From: a virus
Lineage: Duplodnaviria; Caudoviricetes
Virus record (IMG/VR): IMGVR_UViG_3300017909_001110
Span: 1 to 35,198 of that record
Direction: 5' to 3' (one strand)
DNA: 35,198 bases
The notes beneath the pieces were generated by a model. It had not been told where the DNA came from. It made no database searches and saw only the letters and a list, made by a program, of their open reading frames with translations. Positions 23,773 through 34,545 of the stretch are shown here, piece by piece; position 1 is the first letter of the stretch; the number at the start of each line of letters is the position of its first letter. Both the position numbers and the translations under genes were made by a program.

Positions 23773-24750
23773 ATGGCAAACGCAACGCCCGTATCAGTGG
23801 GTAAAGTCAATGCTGGTGGTTCGGAAGATGCATTGTTTCTGAAAGTATTCGCAGGAGAAGTTTTAACTTCTTTTGAAAGAGCTTCAGTAACAGCAGGTGC
23901 AGAGACTGTGAGAACAATCTCTAATGGTAAGTCTGCTACATTCCCTGTAATGGGAAGAGTGGCTGCTGCTTATCATACACCAGGTGCCGAAATCACAGGT
24001 TCAGACGTAAACCACAACGAGAAAGTCATTACTGTTAATGACCTTCTAGTTTCTTCTGTGTTCTTATCGAACATTGAAGAAGCAAAAAACCATTGGGATG
24101 TTAGAAGTGCATACTCTCAAGAAATTGGAAGAGCTTTGGCTTTCCAAAAAGATAAGCACATCTTGCAAACTATTGGTCAAGCATCACTAGCTTCTGCAAA
24201 CGTATCTGACTCAGGATATGGAGCAGGAACTACACTAACCGATGCAAACATCGCTAGTGCAACTGATGCAACTGCTGCAAACGCAATGATTGACGCATTG
24301 TTTGATGCCGCAAAAGCGCTTGATGATAACTACGTTCCAAAGGAAGGCAGAAAATGTTTCCTAAGAACTGAAGAGTATTACAAGTTAGCTAACGGTACAA
24401 ACGTTGTTAACGTTGACTTTAGCGGTGCAGGCTCAATCGCTGACGGAAAAGTAATCAAAGTAGCTGGAATTGAATTAGTCCCAACTCCGCACTTTGTTTC
24501 TTCTAACGTGAACTCAGGAGTAGACCAAGGTTCTGCAACTCAGGGTGGTTCAAACCCTCAAGCTGTAGACCTTTCTAACTACGTTGCTCTTGTATGTCAC
24601 CCTTCAGCAGCAGGAACAGTTAAGCTTATGGACTTAGCTGTCGAGTCTGAATACGACATAAGAAGACAAGGTACTTTAATGGTAGCTAAATACGCTATGG
24701 GACACGGCGTACTTCGCCCAGAAAGTGCAGTAGGAATTAAGGAAGCTTAA
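23773..24750 (+). CDS. Major capsid protein (T7 gp10-like)
   Basis: ALFLKVFAGEVLTSF, GKSATFP, KVITVNDLL, KYAMGHGVLRPE; AAGGAG RBS. Confidence 0.97.
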   Translation: MANATPVSVGKVNAGGSEDALFLKVFAGEVLTSFERASVTAGAETVRTISNGKSATFPVMGRVAAAYHTPGAEITGSDVNHNEKVITVNDLLVSSVFLSNIEEAKNHWDVRSAYSQEIGRALAFQKDKHILQTIGQASLASANVSDSGYGAGTTLTDANIASATDATAANAMIDALFDAAKALDDNYVPKEGRKCFLRTEEYYKLANGTNVVNVDFSGAGSIADGKVIKVAGIELVPTPHFVSSNVNSGVDQGSATQGGSNPQAVDLSNYVALVCHPSAAGTVKLMDLAVESEYDIRRQGTLMVAKYAMGHGVLRPESAVGIKEA

Positions 24751-24757
24751 TCCTAAT

Positions 24758-24790
24758 AGAGGGGGAGATTTATTTCTCCCTCTCTTTTTT
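24758..24790 (+). terminator. T-phi-like terminator after capsid gene
   Basis: AGAGGGGGAGA/TCTCCCTCTCT stem followed by T-run. Confidence 0.85.
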
Positions 24791-24795
24791 ATATT

Positions 24796-25398
24796 ATGGC
24801 AACACAAATCACACCAACCACAGAGTTACAAGCTGTTAACATAATGCTTAGTGTAATTGGAGAAGCTCCGATTAACACTCTAGCAGGAAGTACAACGACA
24901 GATGTATCTATCGCTATTAATCTTTTAAACGAAACTTCTATGTCCGTACAAAGTATGGGCTGGAACTTCAACACACACTACAACTACATTGTATCTGTAG
25001 ATGACACAGGCAAAATACCGCTACCTTCTAACTGCGTGCAAGCTGACGCGTCTTCTGCAAATCGTGCTTACAATTGGGTAATGCGTGATGGTTTCCTCTA
25101 TGACCTTGATAACCACACAGATATATTTACTGCTGATAAACAACTTGATGTAGTTTTAGTCCAACAATTTGAACACCTCCCAGAATATGCAAGACGTTAT
25201 ATTACAGCAAAAGCTGCCAGACGTTTTGCAGCACGAACTATTGGTGATGGTGAACTTACGCAACTAGCTGGTAATGACGAACAGGAAGCATACATTGCTT
25301 TTCAACAAGCAGACAGTCGTTCAGCAGATGTGAACATATTAGAAGGGGATGCAAACACATTCTCAATAATTAACAGAGTACCAAGAAGGACTTACTAA
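24796..25398 (+). CDS. Tail tubular protein A (T7 gp11-like)
   Basis: ELQAVNIMLSVIGEAP, QSMGWNFN, LPEYARRYI. Confidence 0.95.
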   Translation: MATQITPTTELQAVNIMLSVIGEAPINTLAGSTTTDVSIAINLLNETSMSVQSMGWNFNTHYNYIVSVDDTGKIPLPSNCVQADASSANRAYNWVMRDGFLYDLDNHTDIFTADKQLDVVLVQQFEHLPEYARRYITAKAARRFAARTIGDGELTQLAGNDEQEAYIAFQQADSRSADVNILEGDANTFSIINRVPRRTY

Positions 25399-27890
25399 TG
25401 CCTGTTGTTTCACAAACTATACCTAACTTTTTGAATGGTCTGAGTGAACAAAGTCCAACGCAAAGAGGTATTAATCAGGGTACAGACCAGATTAATTATC
25501 AAAACAATATTGTTGAAGGTTTAACTAAAAGACCTCCGCTAGAGTACATTGCAACTCTTGATGCAAACAATGTCTTTCCTAACACTATAAAGTTTTGGAA
25601 TATTGATAGAGATGCAACATCAAGATTTATTGTTACATTTTACAATCAAGGTGTTCGTGTCTTTGGTTTAGATGGAACTGAGTATCCTGTTTCAACACCT
25701 AATGGTACAACTTATCTAACTTCTACAAACCCAAGAGAAGATTTTAACTGTGTAAGTGTTGCAGACTTTACATTTATTGCTAACAAATCAATCATACCTA
25801 CTGCTAGTGGTTCTACAAGCCCAGCTAAAGTAGAAGAGTTTTTAATTAATGTTGCAAAGTCACAATACGGTATTGAATATAAAGTTACTGTAAACCATCC
25901 AAGTATGGCTAATCCACTTGCAGTTATTTTCCAAATGCCATCAGGTAATGATGCCACAACTGATAGTGCATTTCGTGACACTAACAAAATTAAAGATATT
26001 TTATTAAATGGTACTTCTAGTACGCATTGGAATGGTTCTGCATCACAAATAGGATTTAAAACTATTAATGCAACAAGTGGCGCAACTGTATCAACAACAC
26101 AAGGACTAGCAAACTATTCAGGGATTACTTCGTACTTTACGTTTGAGAGTTATGACTCTGTAATTTATGGCAAGCCTACAGATGGTAATGCAAACTATAG
26201 TGTCGAGACTGCTGACGGTCAGGGAAACTTGGCTATGTATGTAATTAGAGATGAAATACAAGACTTCACAAGATTGCCTTACTACGGCAAGACAGGTGTA
26301 AAGATTAAAGTTACAGGTGATGAAGGAGATAATCTTACTGACTATTTTGTAAACTTTGTAGGTAACGGTGTTTGGTCAGAAACAATCGCACCAGCAACAT
26401 CACTTGGTTTAGATAATACTAAAATGCCTCACGCATTGGTTAATAACAACAACGGAACATTTACATTTAAACAACTGACATTTAACGAACGTATATGTGG
26501 TGATGCAACTACAAACCCAGACCCATCGTTTGTTGGTCAGGCAATACAAAATTTAACATTTTATAAAAACAGATTAGGCATTCTCGCTGGTGAGAACCTT
26601 GTCTTTACAGAGAATGGAGGTTTCTTTAACTTCTACGGAACAACTGTAACGCAAGTATTAGATACAGACCCTATCGATATTGCAGCTTCAGGAGTTCAAG
26701 TTAACACTCTTAAGAACTCTGTAGCTTTTAATGAAACATTATTGTTATTCTCTGATACGCAACAATTTAAGTTAGATAGTGCAGGAGATAATATTACACC
26801 GACAACTGCAATACTGAATGCTGTCTCTACCTTTGAACACGATGATGCTGTTCAACCTGTTGCAGCAGGAAGATTTGCATATTTTGCACAACCACGTAAC
26901 AACAACACAGCTATTAGAGAATATTATGCAGACGATGACACACTAACAAATGATGGTATTGATATAACAGTTGCTGTACAGACTTTGATACCAAAGAATG
27001 CTTTTCAAATAATCAGTAACAGTATTGAAGATACATTGTTTGTATTATGTCACGATACCAACAATGCAAACACAGCTCCCTATGCTGCAGGACAAGATGT
27101 AAATCCTACAAACGCAAACACAATGTATATTTACAAATACTTCTTTGATAAAGGAGAGAAAGTACAAACAGCCTGGTCGAAATGGACATTTAATGGAGCT
27201 GAGATACTAGGTGCAGTTAGTGTTGAAAGTTTCTTATATGTTTTGGCTAACGAAGGTCAATCAACAAAGTTATATAAAGTTGATTTACAAAACTTAAACG
27301 AAACAGGATTAACATTTAAAGTTTACTTAGATTTAAAAGCGCAAGTAGGCGCAACCTATGACGCAGCAACAGGGCTGTCTACATTTACTTCACCGTATGG
27401 AGCTAAAACAGGTTTAGTTGCTGTAGATATTACAAATGGTATTAGGTATGAAGCGACCAATACAACAGGAAGTACATACACGATACCTGCTAACGTAACT
27501 AATGTATTTATTGGAGTACCTTATACTTCTACTTATATTTTATCACCGCAATTTGTACGTGAAGAAACAGGTAGGGGTCGACTAGCAATCAGCTCTGGTC
27601 GTTATCAAATAAGAACTATAACTTTTGACTTTGCTGACACAGGATTTTTTAAGGTAGAAGTGACACCTAAAGGAAGAACTACAAAAACTACAGAAATGAC
27701 AGGATATATTTTAGGTGAACAAACTTCTGTTATTGATACACCTCCAATAATCTCAGGCAATCTGCGAGTACCGATACAAGCGCGTAATACAGATGTGGAT
27801 GTCAAAATTCTTACTGACAGTCACTTACCTGTACACCTTACGCAAGCTGAAGTTGAAGGTTTCTATCACAGAAGGTCGAGACGTATTTAA
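25398..27890 (+). CDS. Tail tubular protein B (T7 gp12-like)
   Basis: GLSEQ, GLTKRPP, PHALV, PSFVG, FYKNRLG, DPID, QTAWSKW. Confidence 0.95.
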   Translation: MPVVSQTIPNFLNGLSEQSPTQRGINQGTDQINYQNNIVEGLTKRPPLEYIATLDANNVFPNTIKFWNIDRDATSRFIVTFYNQGVRVFGLDGTEYPVSTPNGTTYLTSTNPREDFNCVSVADFTFIANKSIIPTASGSTSPAKVEEFLINVAKSQYGIEYKVTVNHPSMANPLAVIFQMPSGNDATTDSAFRDTNKIKDILLNGTSSTHWNGSASQIGFKTINATSGATVSTTQGLANYSGITSYFTFESYDSVIYGKPTDGNANYSVETADGQGNLAMYVIRDEIQDFTRLPYYGKTGVKIKVTGDEGDNLTDYFVNFVGNGVWSETIAPATSLGLDNTKMPHALVNNNNGTFTFKQLTFNERICGDATTNPDPSFVGQAIQNLTFYKNRLGILAGENLVFTENGGFFNFYGTTVTQVLDTDPIDIAASGVQVNTLKNSVAFNETLLLFSDTQQFKLDSAGDNITPTTAILNAVSTFEHDDAVQPVAAGRFAYFAQPRNNNTAIREYYADDDTLTNDGIDITVAVQTLIPKNAFQIISNSIEDTLFVLCHDTNNANTAPYAAGQDVNPTNANTMYIYKYFFDKGEKVQTAWSKWTFNGAEILGAVSVESFLYVLANEGQSTKLYKVDLQNLNETGLTFKVYLDLKAQVGATYDAATGLSTFTSPYGAKTGLVAVDITNGIRYEATNTTGSTYTIPANVTNVFIGVPYTSTYILSPQFVREETGRGRLAISSGRYQIRTITFDFADTGFFKVEVTPKGRTTKTTEMTGYILGEQTSVIDTPPIISGNLRVPIQARNTDVDVKILTDSHLPVHLTQAEVEGFYHRRSRRI

Positions 27891-28363
27891 TGGAAGTAGC
27901 TTACGTTAGGGATGCACAACTTGCTGACGTTTTAGTTTTATCTAAGACAATGCGAAAGGCAGATAGAGAAGAGATTATGGCATCTAATGGTGTAAGTGCA
28001 TTAGAAGCTTTGGTTACACCTTTTACTGTAAAGGATGCAATAAACTTTAGCATCATAGGTACGGGTGATGAAGGTGTAGTAGGAATGTTTGGTTGTGTTC
28101 CAAGTGTTGACCCTCAGTATGGCTGTGCGTGGTTACTACAAAGTGACAAACTACTTACACATAGAAAACAATTTTTAAAAGAATGCCCTTATTGGGTTTC
28201 TAAAATGGGTGAAGGTTATGATTACCTCTACAACTTTGTTGATAAGAGGAATTGGGTTTCACTCAAATGGCTGCAGTTCTTAGGCTTTGAACCAAGAGAA
28301 GAGTTTGAAGAATATGGACACGGCAAAATACCATTTTTATTAATGATAAAGGAGATGAAATAA
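27890..28363 (+). CDS. Internal virion protein A (T7 gp13-like, acetyltransferase-like fold)
   Basis: MRKADREE, LYNFVDKRN...WLQFLGF; T7 synteny. Confidence 0.85.
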   Translation: MEVAYVRDAQLADVLVLSKTMRKADREEIMASNGVSALEALVTPFTVKDAINFSIIGTGDEGVVGMFGCVPSVDPQYGCAWLLQSDKLLTHRKQFLKECPYWVSKMGEGYDYLYNFVDKRNWVSLKWLQFLGFEPREEFEEYGHGKIPFLLMIKEMK

Positions 28364-28876
28364 ATGTGCGGAACTGACCCCGTTTCTTTAGCAATCGGGA
28401 CATTGAAAGTTGCTTCGGCTGTAACAAGCTGGCAAGCAGACCGACAACAAGCCGCTAATCAATCTTATGCAGATTATAGAACCAGACAAAATGCTGACCA
28501 AGCATATCTCGAAGATTTATCAAGAATAGAAACTGAAAGAGGAAGAGCATCAAGAGAAAAGTCAGTTGAAAATCTTAGAGCAAAAATGAAACGTATAAAA
28601 GATTTAGCAAAAGCACAAAACGCAGGTTTTGGTAATTCACTTCGTGTTGCTCAAGATATAGGAGCAGTCTATGACCAAGAATATAACGATATCGCATTTG
28701 AATTTGAAAGCGATATGATAGCTTTGAATAATCAGCGAACAGATGCTTACGCAAACCTCACAAGAATTTATAACAACATAGCTCCTGTATATATGCCTAC
28801 CACAGGCGACTTACTACTAAGGACTGCAAGCGCTGGTGTTGAGGGCTATGCGACAGGACAGGCAATACAATCATAA
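28364..28876 (+). CDS. Internal virion protein B (T7 gp14-like)
   Basis: MC N-terminus, hydrophobic start, Ala/Gln-rich helix; synteny. Confidence 0.75.
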   Translation: MCGTDPVSLAIGTLKVASAVTSWQADRQQAANQSYADYRTRQNADQAYLEDLSRIETERGRASREKSVENLRAKMKRIKDLAKAQNAGFGNSLRVAQDIGAVYDQEYNDIAFEFESDMIALNNQRTDAYANLTRIYNNIAPVYMPTTGDLLLRTASAGVEGYATGQAIQS

Positions 28877-30765
28877 TGGCTTACAAATCACAAGTTACAA
28901 ATAAGCGAATGGGCTCATCATTCCAAGGCAGGGTAAACCCTGGTCGTGAGAATGAGCTAACACAACTCGCACAATCGCTAGAAGAGTTTTCTGATGCACT
29001 ACCAAGAGGTATCAATGCTTACAAAAATGAACAAGTAAAGAAAGCAGAAGAACAATTAGAATATCTAAGGACAACAATGGAGCCTGAAGAGTTACAAGCT
29101 TACATTCTAAAAGGTGAAGACCCAATATTATCTAATCAGTTTGCTGTGTCAGTCGTAGAAGGGCAGACAGGTAGATTTCACGCAGCAGATGTAATTAATC
29201 AAATAAAAAGAAACTACAATTCTTATAATTATGAAGACGGTAGTTTAAGAGGTTTTTATAAAAATTACATACCTGATATGTCTACCAAAAGTTCTGCTTA
29301 CCGAAATGGTTTTTCGGTTGCATTCAACAATTGGGCTGCTGATGAATACATAAGAGATGCTGAGTTTAGAGCAGAGAAAGCACAGGAAAAGAAATTTAGT
29401 GGTGCAAGAACATTGCTATCAACAATTACAGATATAAACGAATATTGGGAAACAGTAGCTTCATTAAACTCAAGAATGCCTAATGACGGCGGTGAAAACT
29501 ATTTCTTTACCACAGATGAAATGAATGAGCTTGTTATGCAAGACGTAAGAGGACTTATTCTTAATGCTACAAGCCTAGATGACTTTGACAAAGCACAAGC
29601 AATTCTACTTGCAGATAGAGGTATAGGTAAAGGTGGAAATAAACTTGGGTCATTGCTAAGTACAAACAGAGAAGACGTAGATAAACTTAATAACGATTTA
29701 GCCTCAGCTAGATTTGCATTTGAAAGACGACAAATACAAACAGAAAACTATAACGAACAGCAAGCAATCTCAGATATCTTTAACGATGCATTCTTAAACA
29801 AAGATTTGACTGACCCATTACAGGTACAAAGTATAAAAATGGAACTTGCAAAAATAGATGCAACGACAGTTGTAACATTTGAGAGATTAGTAGACATTAC
29901 AAGAGATAACGCAGTAGGTGAGGATGCCAAGAAAGCTTTCTTATTAGGTATCGCACAACAAGAGTACGACTACGATATTCAACAGCTTGTTTTAGATTTT
30001 GAGGCAGCAAGAATGCCATTAGATTTCTTCCCACAAGTATTGTCTACTTGGAATGATGCACACAGAAGAAGCAGAACTAATGAAGCTGCTGTCTATGAAA
30101 GAAACTCAGAATATGCTAACGGAACTACTGATGTATTAAATGCTGTTAAGTCATCATTTACTTTTGAAGGCATATTACAACCTAACTATTATGCTGCTGC
30201 ATACAATGCAAAGTATTACATACAATCAGAGATACTTGCTTTTGAAGCTTCCTTTGAAGAGCAATACGGTAGACCTATAACGCAAGAAGACAGACGACAG
30301 TTTATGAATAGGGTTGGTAAGTTTGTCATTGATAACTTTACACGTACACAAATGGCAGACCCTAATATTCCTGACTTTAGAAGCATTGATGAAATGGATG
30401 CTGAGATAGCAAGTAATCAGCAAACATTCTCAGATGTTGTTGACCAAATGGCTGGTAGTCCACTTAGAGTATTTAATACTGCAGAAATAAATAAACAGAT
30501 GGCAGATTTTATTAGAGATGACGGAGCATCTAATATGGAGGTGCTAGAACAAAAGCAACAAGCATACTTAAGTGAAAATGTTTACCCTCTAATTATAGAC
30601 ACCGTTCTTCAATCGTTGCCTTCTTACCTTCAAGATGACTTCCCACAGTTTATTGACAGGCTAGTATCTAACAGCTTTGCAAAATCAAAATTAGCTGCTT
30701 CTCTTGGTATCGACTCTAAGATTTTGCATAACGCACTAGCGCAGGCAAGAGCTGAAAGTGAGTAA
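28876..30765 (+). CDS. Internal virion protein C (T7 gp15-like)
   Basis: 629-aa helical protein in gp15 position. Confidence 0.7.
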   Translation: MAYKSQVTNKRMGSSFQGRVNPGRENELTQLAQSLEEFSDALPRGINAYKNEQVKKAEEQLEYLRTTMEPEELQAYILKGEDPILSNQFAVSVVEGQTGRFHAADVINQIKRNYNSYNYEDGSLRGFYKNYIPDMSTKSSAYRNGFSVAFNNWAADEYIRDAEFRAEKAQEKKFSGARTLLSTITDINEYWETVASLNSRMPNDGGENYFFTTDEMNELVMQDVRGLILNATSLDDFDKAQAILLADRGIGKGGNKLGSLLSTNREDVDKLNNDLASARFAFERRQIQTENYNEQQAISDIFNDAFLNKDLTDPLQVQSIKMELAKIDATTVVTFERLVDITRDNAVGEDAKKAFLLGIAQQEYDYDIQQLVLDFEAARMPLDFFPQVLSTWNDAHRRSRTNEAAVYERNSEYANGTTDVLNAVKSSFTFEGILQPNYYAAAYNAKYYIQSEILAFEASFEEQYGRPITQEDRRQFMNRVGKFVIDNFTRTQMADPNIPDFRSIDEMDAEIASNQQTFSDVVDQMAGSPLRVFNTAEINKQMADFIRDDGASNMEVLEQKQQAYLSENVYPLIIDTVLQSLPSYLQDDFPQFIDRLVSNSFAKSKLAASLGIDSKILHNALAQARAESE

Positions 30766-33700
30766 TTGGTGGGAGCAAACTTACGAAGAATACACAGGTA
30801 TAGATGAGCCTGAAAAAGTAGATGTACAACAAAACGCACTTGATAAGCTGACATCTCAACAATTCGTAAACACATTAAGAGATTATTATACATACAGAAC
30901 AGGCGACAACTACTTTGAGATGGATGATGCCGATGTAATAGAAAAGTTTTATGATGATAGAAGTTGGGCTAATTACAATACTGTATCTATGACAAAAGAC
31001 TTGAGTAGAGTTATGTCAGAGGCAGACCCAAGAAGACTTCAACAGTTCTCTGAAATAAATAATTTATATATGGAACTGCCAAACTTTTGGAATGACCCTA
31101 ATAGAAACTTTGGGCAATGGTTAATGGATGTTGGCGGTGCAATGGTACTAGACCCAATCAACCTAGTAGGTTTTGGTATTGGAGGACAAGCTGCAAAGCA
31201 AGCTTACAAACAAACCTTACGTAACCAACTTAGAGGCAAGATAGCTGCTGAAATTGACAGGCAAGCTATAGAAGCTGTAGCAAAGAAAGCTAACAAAAAA
31301 GCTTTAACTTCAGCTATCAAACGCGGTGCAATTTATGAAGGTGTATATTCAGGACTTATATCAGGCACTCAAGATGTGCTGTTACAAAACACTTCTATTT
31401 TATCAGGACAAACAGATGAGTTTAGTTTTAAAAGACTTGGCTTAAATACTGCATTTGGTTTTGGAATGGGTACTGCATTCGGCGGTGCTTTTGCTGCAGG
31501 AGGATTTAAAATAGCACTAGCTGGTCAAAAAAGAAATACTATCAAAAATTTAACAGATATTCACAATTACGGATTTGACGAATTAAAAGGCAAAAGACTA
31601 TTTGCAGATTTGTCAGAACCTAAAAAAGATAAACAATTTTACAAAAATAAAACAGCCGAAGAAATTGCGCAAGCTAGAAAGTATAATGAAATTGAAGCCA
31701 AGAATATGGATGATTACATCCAACAAATGCGCCAGGATGCTAGGAAACCTTTTGGCAAACCACCTAAAGAAAAATTTAATTATCAAAGATGGGCAGAAGG
31801 TGATGAAGACCACACGGCAGTTGAGTTAATAAGGCAAACAGCTAACGACCTTAAGAAACAACTTGATGAAGATGTTAGAGCTAACAAGTTTGATGTAATT
31901 AGAGAAGAAGCAGCACTTCTAGGTGCAGACCCAGAAAATGTTGTAAGACAAATTAAAGAACTCGGTGACACAAACATTGCAGCTTTTATGTTAGCAATGC
32001 GTGCTCGCATCAAACAAAATGCAGACTTTATGATTAAGCAGTCAAGGCAGATTGACGATATAACATTATCAAAATCAGACAGAGAAAAACTTAAGAAAAA
32101 TTTTGAGCAAAGTATGAATTTAACAAGAGAGCTTTTAGTTCTTCAAAAGAGTGCACAGGAAAGAATTGCAACAGCACTCGCCTCACAAAGACAAAGAGTA
32201 GATGACGCACCAATAGATGTAGAAAAAGCTATTGATTTATTAGTCAATCCTGAAAAAGCAGATATGCAATTGAAGATAGACGGCAACATAGAAGACTATA
32301 TGAGAGCTGTAGGTAAAATTTACGATGACAACCATATGATTTTGTCATTGCAAAATGTAAACAAAGTAAACAAATGGGATTTGGCTGCTGAGTATGTAAA
32401 CAATAACTTACTGTCTAGTCCTGATACACACTTGCTGAACATTGCTTCAGGACTTATGCAGACGCAATGGAAGCCAATGACAATGCTTTTTAGAGCAATG
32501 TATCTATCGCCTACTGATAGCAAAAGAGCTGCAGAAGTTGCAAACGAGGCATTAGAAACTTACGTATATCAATACACATATACGATAGAAGCTGTAAGAA
32601 GTGCTTTTAGAAGTTTTAAAGCAGGGCGACCGTTGCTTGACAGTAGAGCATTGAAATATGACAGCAACATACGACAAGGACAGCTAGCTAATTATCTAAA
32701 TGAAATGGTTGCTTCATTCACAAATGTTTTGCCAACAACAGCCGCAAGAGCTGTACAAGGTTTAGCTAAAATTCCTATTACAGCAATCACAGTTCCACTT
32801 AGAGTTTTGTCTGCAGGTGATGAATTTCTTAAAACACTAGCATTCAAAGCCAGAGCTGCAGCACAAATCAATTCACGTATTGCTAGAGAAAATCCTGAAA
32901 TATTTACACGAACACGTAGATTTAAAGACAGGCAGGCTTACAAGGAAAAAGTAAATGAGTATATGAAAGAATATATTGATGAGTCTGGTAGAGCTCGTTC
33001 AACAGTTCAAGGCACAGATTTAAGTATGAACGCAGCAGGTTTATCTGCAGCCGACAGACTAGAGGTTAATGACCCATTACACTACGCACGAGAAGCTTCG
33101 TACACACAACCTGCAACTTCACAAGCACAGAAAGCAGATGGGACTTTTATTGGTGAAACTGAAGGTAGAGTTACAGGAGCTGTCTTAGACTTTACTGCAA
33201 GGCACAGATGGACTAGAGCTATGGGTCTACACTTTATCAACACACCTTCAAACTTGATACGTTGGAACTTTCAACATCTACCAATCCTTGGAAGGTATCA
33301 ATTCCAAATGAAACAAATGCTGAAGAAAGATGCATCAGGAGATTACATAAACCCAGAAGCAGCAGCAGAAGCTAATGCAAGAATTACTATGGGTTATATG
33401 GTTTGGATAGCTGCATTCTATGCTGCCATAAGCGGCAAAGTAACAGGCGGTGGTGAAAGAGATTACAGAAAGAATTTACAAAAAGAAGTTAACACAGGAT
33501 GGCAGCCATACTCATACAAAACACAAGATGGCAGATACATAAGTATGAACAGACTTGACCCATTCTTTACACCGTTTGGTATTGCTGCTGATATGGTTTA
33601 TGCAATGGACAAATTTTATGCACATAATGAAAACTTAACTCCGTATCAAGAAAGTAGAATGACTGAGTTAGCTATGGGCGCAATCACAAGTCTTACAAGA

Positions 33701-34501
33701 AACTTTACTTCTAAATTTTATACAAAAGGAATGTTGGAGACAATTGACCTTTTCTTGGGCGATGGACTTATGCATACAAAAGACCCTGAGAGAAAGAGTG
33801 CATTATTCTTAGGAAGATTTGGATTTAAGTTTGCGCCATTGTCAGGAATGTTTAGATACGTAAATCGTGTAAACGATGACTACTCAAGAGAGTTGTGGGG
33901 TTTATCAGACCAACTTAACAGCTACAAAATTACAGATGACCCTGATGCAGTAATGCCTAGACGTAATATGTTTGGCGAAAAGATTGATAGGCAAAACGGT
34001 TGGTTGTTTGGCATAGGAGGCAAAGAGGGCATATGGTCATCACCATTCTCTATGACAACCTTTGCCAATACAGAAACAGCAAAGTTCTTTTCAGAAGAAG
34101 GTAGAACTGTTGACTATCTGCCGCCATCTAAAATTGCAAAGCACACAAATATAAATCTTAAGGATATTAAAAATGCTAAGGGGCAAACAGCTTATGATAG
34201 ATGGATGGAAATAAAATCAGAAATAACCGTTCCATATATGGGTTTTAATGCATCACTTAAAGAAATAGTAGAATTCCTGATAACTGACTCACAAAGTCCA
34301 CTCAAAAAGTTACCAGAAGGCACTATTGAAGGACAGGATATGATGCAAAGAGAAATACTAAGAGTTGTAAGACAGTTCGAAAGAGCTGCTTATCAAAAGA
34401 TGTTACAAGAATTCCCAGAAATAAATAAAGAACGAAGAAGAAGAGAGACTAGCATTCAACGTTCAGTTGAAGATGCATTGGATGCTTTTGTGAACCAATA
34501 G
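30758..34501 (+). CDS. Internal virion protein D (T7 gp16-like)
   Basis: 1247 aa, NNLLSSPDTH, AGDEFLK, FINTPSN, GWQPYS, RLDPF; position before tail fibre. Confidence 0.8.
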   Translation: MSNWWEQTYEEYTGIDEPEKVDVQQNALDKLTSQQFVNTLRDYYTYRTGDNYFEMDDADVIEKFYDDRSWANYNTVSMTKDLSRVMSEADPRRLQQFSEINNLYMELPNFWNDPNRNFGQWLMDVGGAMVLDPINLVGFGIGGQAAKQAYKQTLRNQLRGKIAAEIDRQAIEAVAKKANKKALTSAIKRGAIYEGVYSGLISGTQDVLLQNTSILSGQTDEFSFKRLGLNTAFGFGMGTAFGGAFAAGGFKIALAGQKRNTIKNLTDIHNYGFDELKGKRLFADLSEPKKDKQFYKNKTAEEIAQARKYNEIEAKNMDDYIQQMRQDARKPFGKPPKEKFNYQRWAEGDEDHTAVELIRQTANDLKKQLDEDVRANKFDVIREEAALLGADPENVVRQIKELGDTNIAAFMLAMRARIKQNADFMIKQSRQIDDITLSKSDREKLKKNFEQSMNLTRELLVLQKSAQERIATALASQRQRVDDAPIDVEKAIDLLVNPEKADMQLKIDGNIEDYMRAVGKIYDDNHMILSLQNVNKVNKWDLAAEYVNNNLLSSPDTHLLNIASGLMQTQWKPMTMLFRAMYLSPTDSKRAAEVANEALETYVYQYTYTIEAVRSAFRSFKAGRPLLDSRALKYDSNIRQGQLANYLNEMVASFTNVLPTTAARAVQGLAKIPITAITVPLRVLSAGDEFLKTLAFKARAAAQINSRIARENPEIFTRTRRFKDRQAYKEKVNEYMKEYIDESGRARSTVQGTDLSMNAAGLSAADRLEVNDPLHYAREASYTQPATSQAQKADGTFIGETEGRVTGAVLDFTARHRWTRAMGLHFINTPSNLIRWNFQHLPILGRYQFQMKQMLKKDASGDYINPEAAAEANARITMGYMVWIAAFYAAISGKVTGGGERDYRKNLQKEVNTGWQPYSYKTQDGRYISMNRLDPFFTPFGIAADMVYAMDKFYAHNENLTPYQESRMTELAMGAITSLTRNFTSKFYTKGMLETIDLFLGDGLMHTKDPERKSALFLGRFGFKFAPLSGMFRYVNRVNDDYSRELWGLSDQLNSYKITDDPDAVMPRRNMFGEKIDRQNGWLFGIGGKEGIWSSPFSMTTFANTETAKFFSEEGRTVDYLPPSKIAKHTNINLKDIKNAKGQTAYDRWMEIKSEITVPYMGFNASLKEIVEFLITDSQSPLKKLPEGTIEGQDMMQREILRVVRQFERAAYQKMLQEFPEINKERRRRETSIQRSVEDALDAFVNQ

Positions 34502-34504
34502 CAT

Positions 34505-34524
34505 AAGTACCCCTCTTAGAAGAA
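34505..34524 (+). promoter_or_regulatory. Phage RNAP promoter (tail fibre; T7 phi17 position)
   Basis: AAGTACCCCTCTTAGAAGAA identical to 19830-19849. Confidence 0.8.
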
Positions 34525-34545
34525 ATTTCAAAATAAGGAGATTAA

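Noticed and set aside
24700-24760. T7 10A/10B-type capsid frameshift
   Set aside because: No slippery heptamer seen, and a terminator follows immediately with no extension frame.
28876-34501. Lytic transglycosylase domain in gp15/gp16
   Set aside because: No recognisable catalytic motif by eye; needs a profile search.
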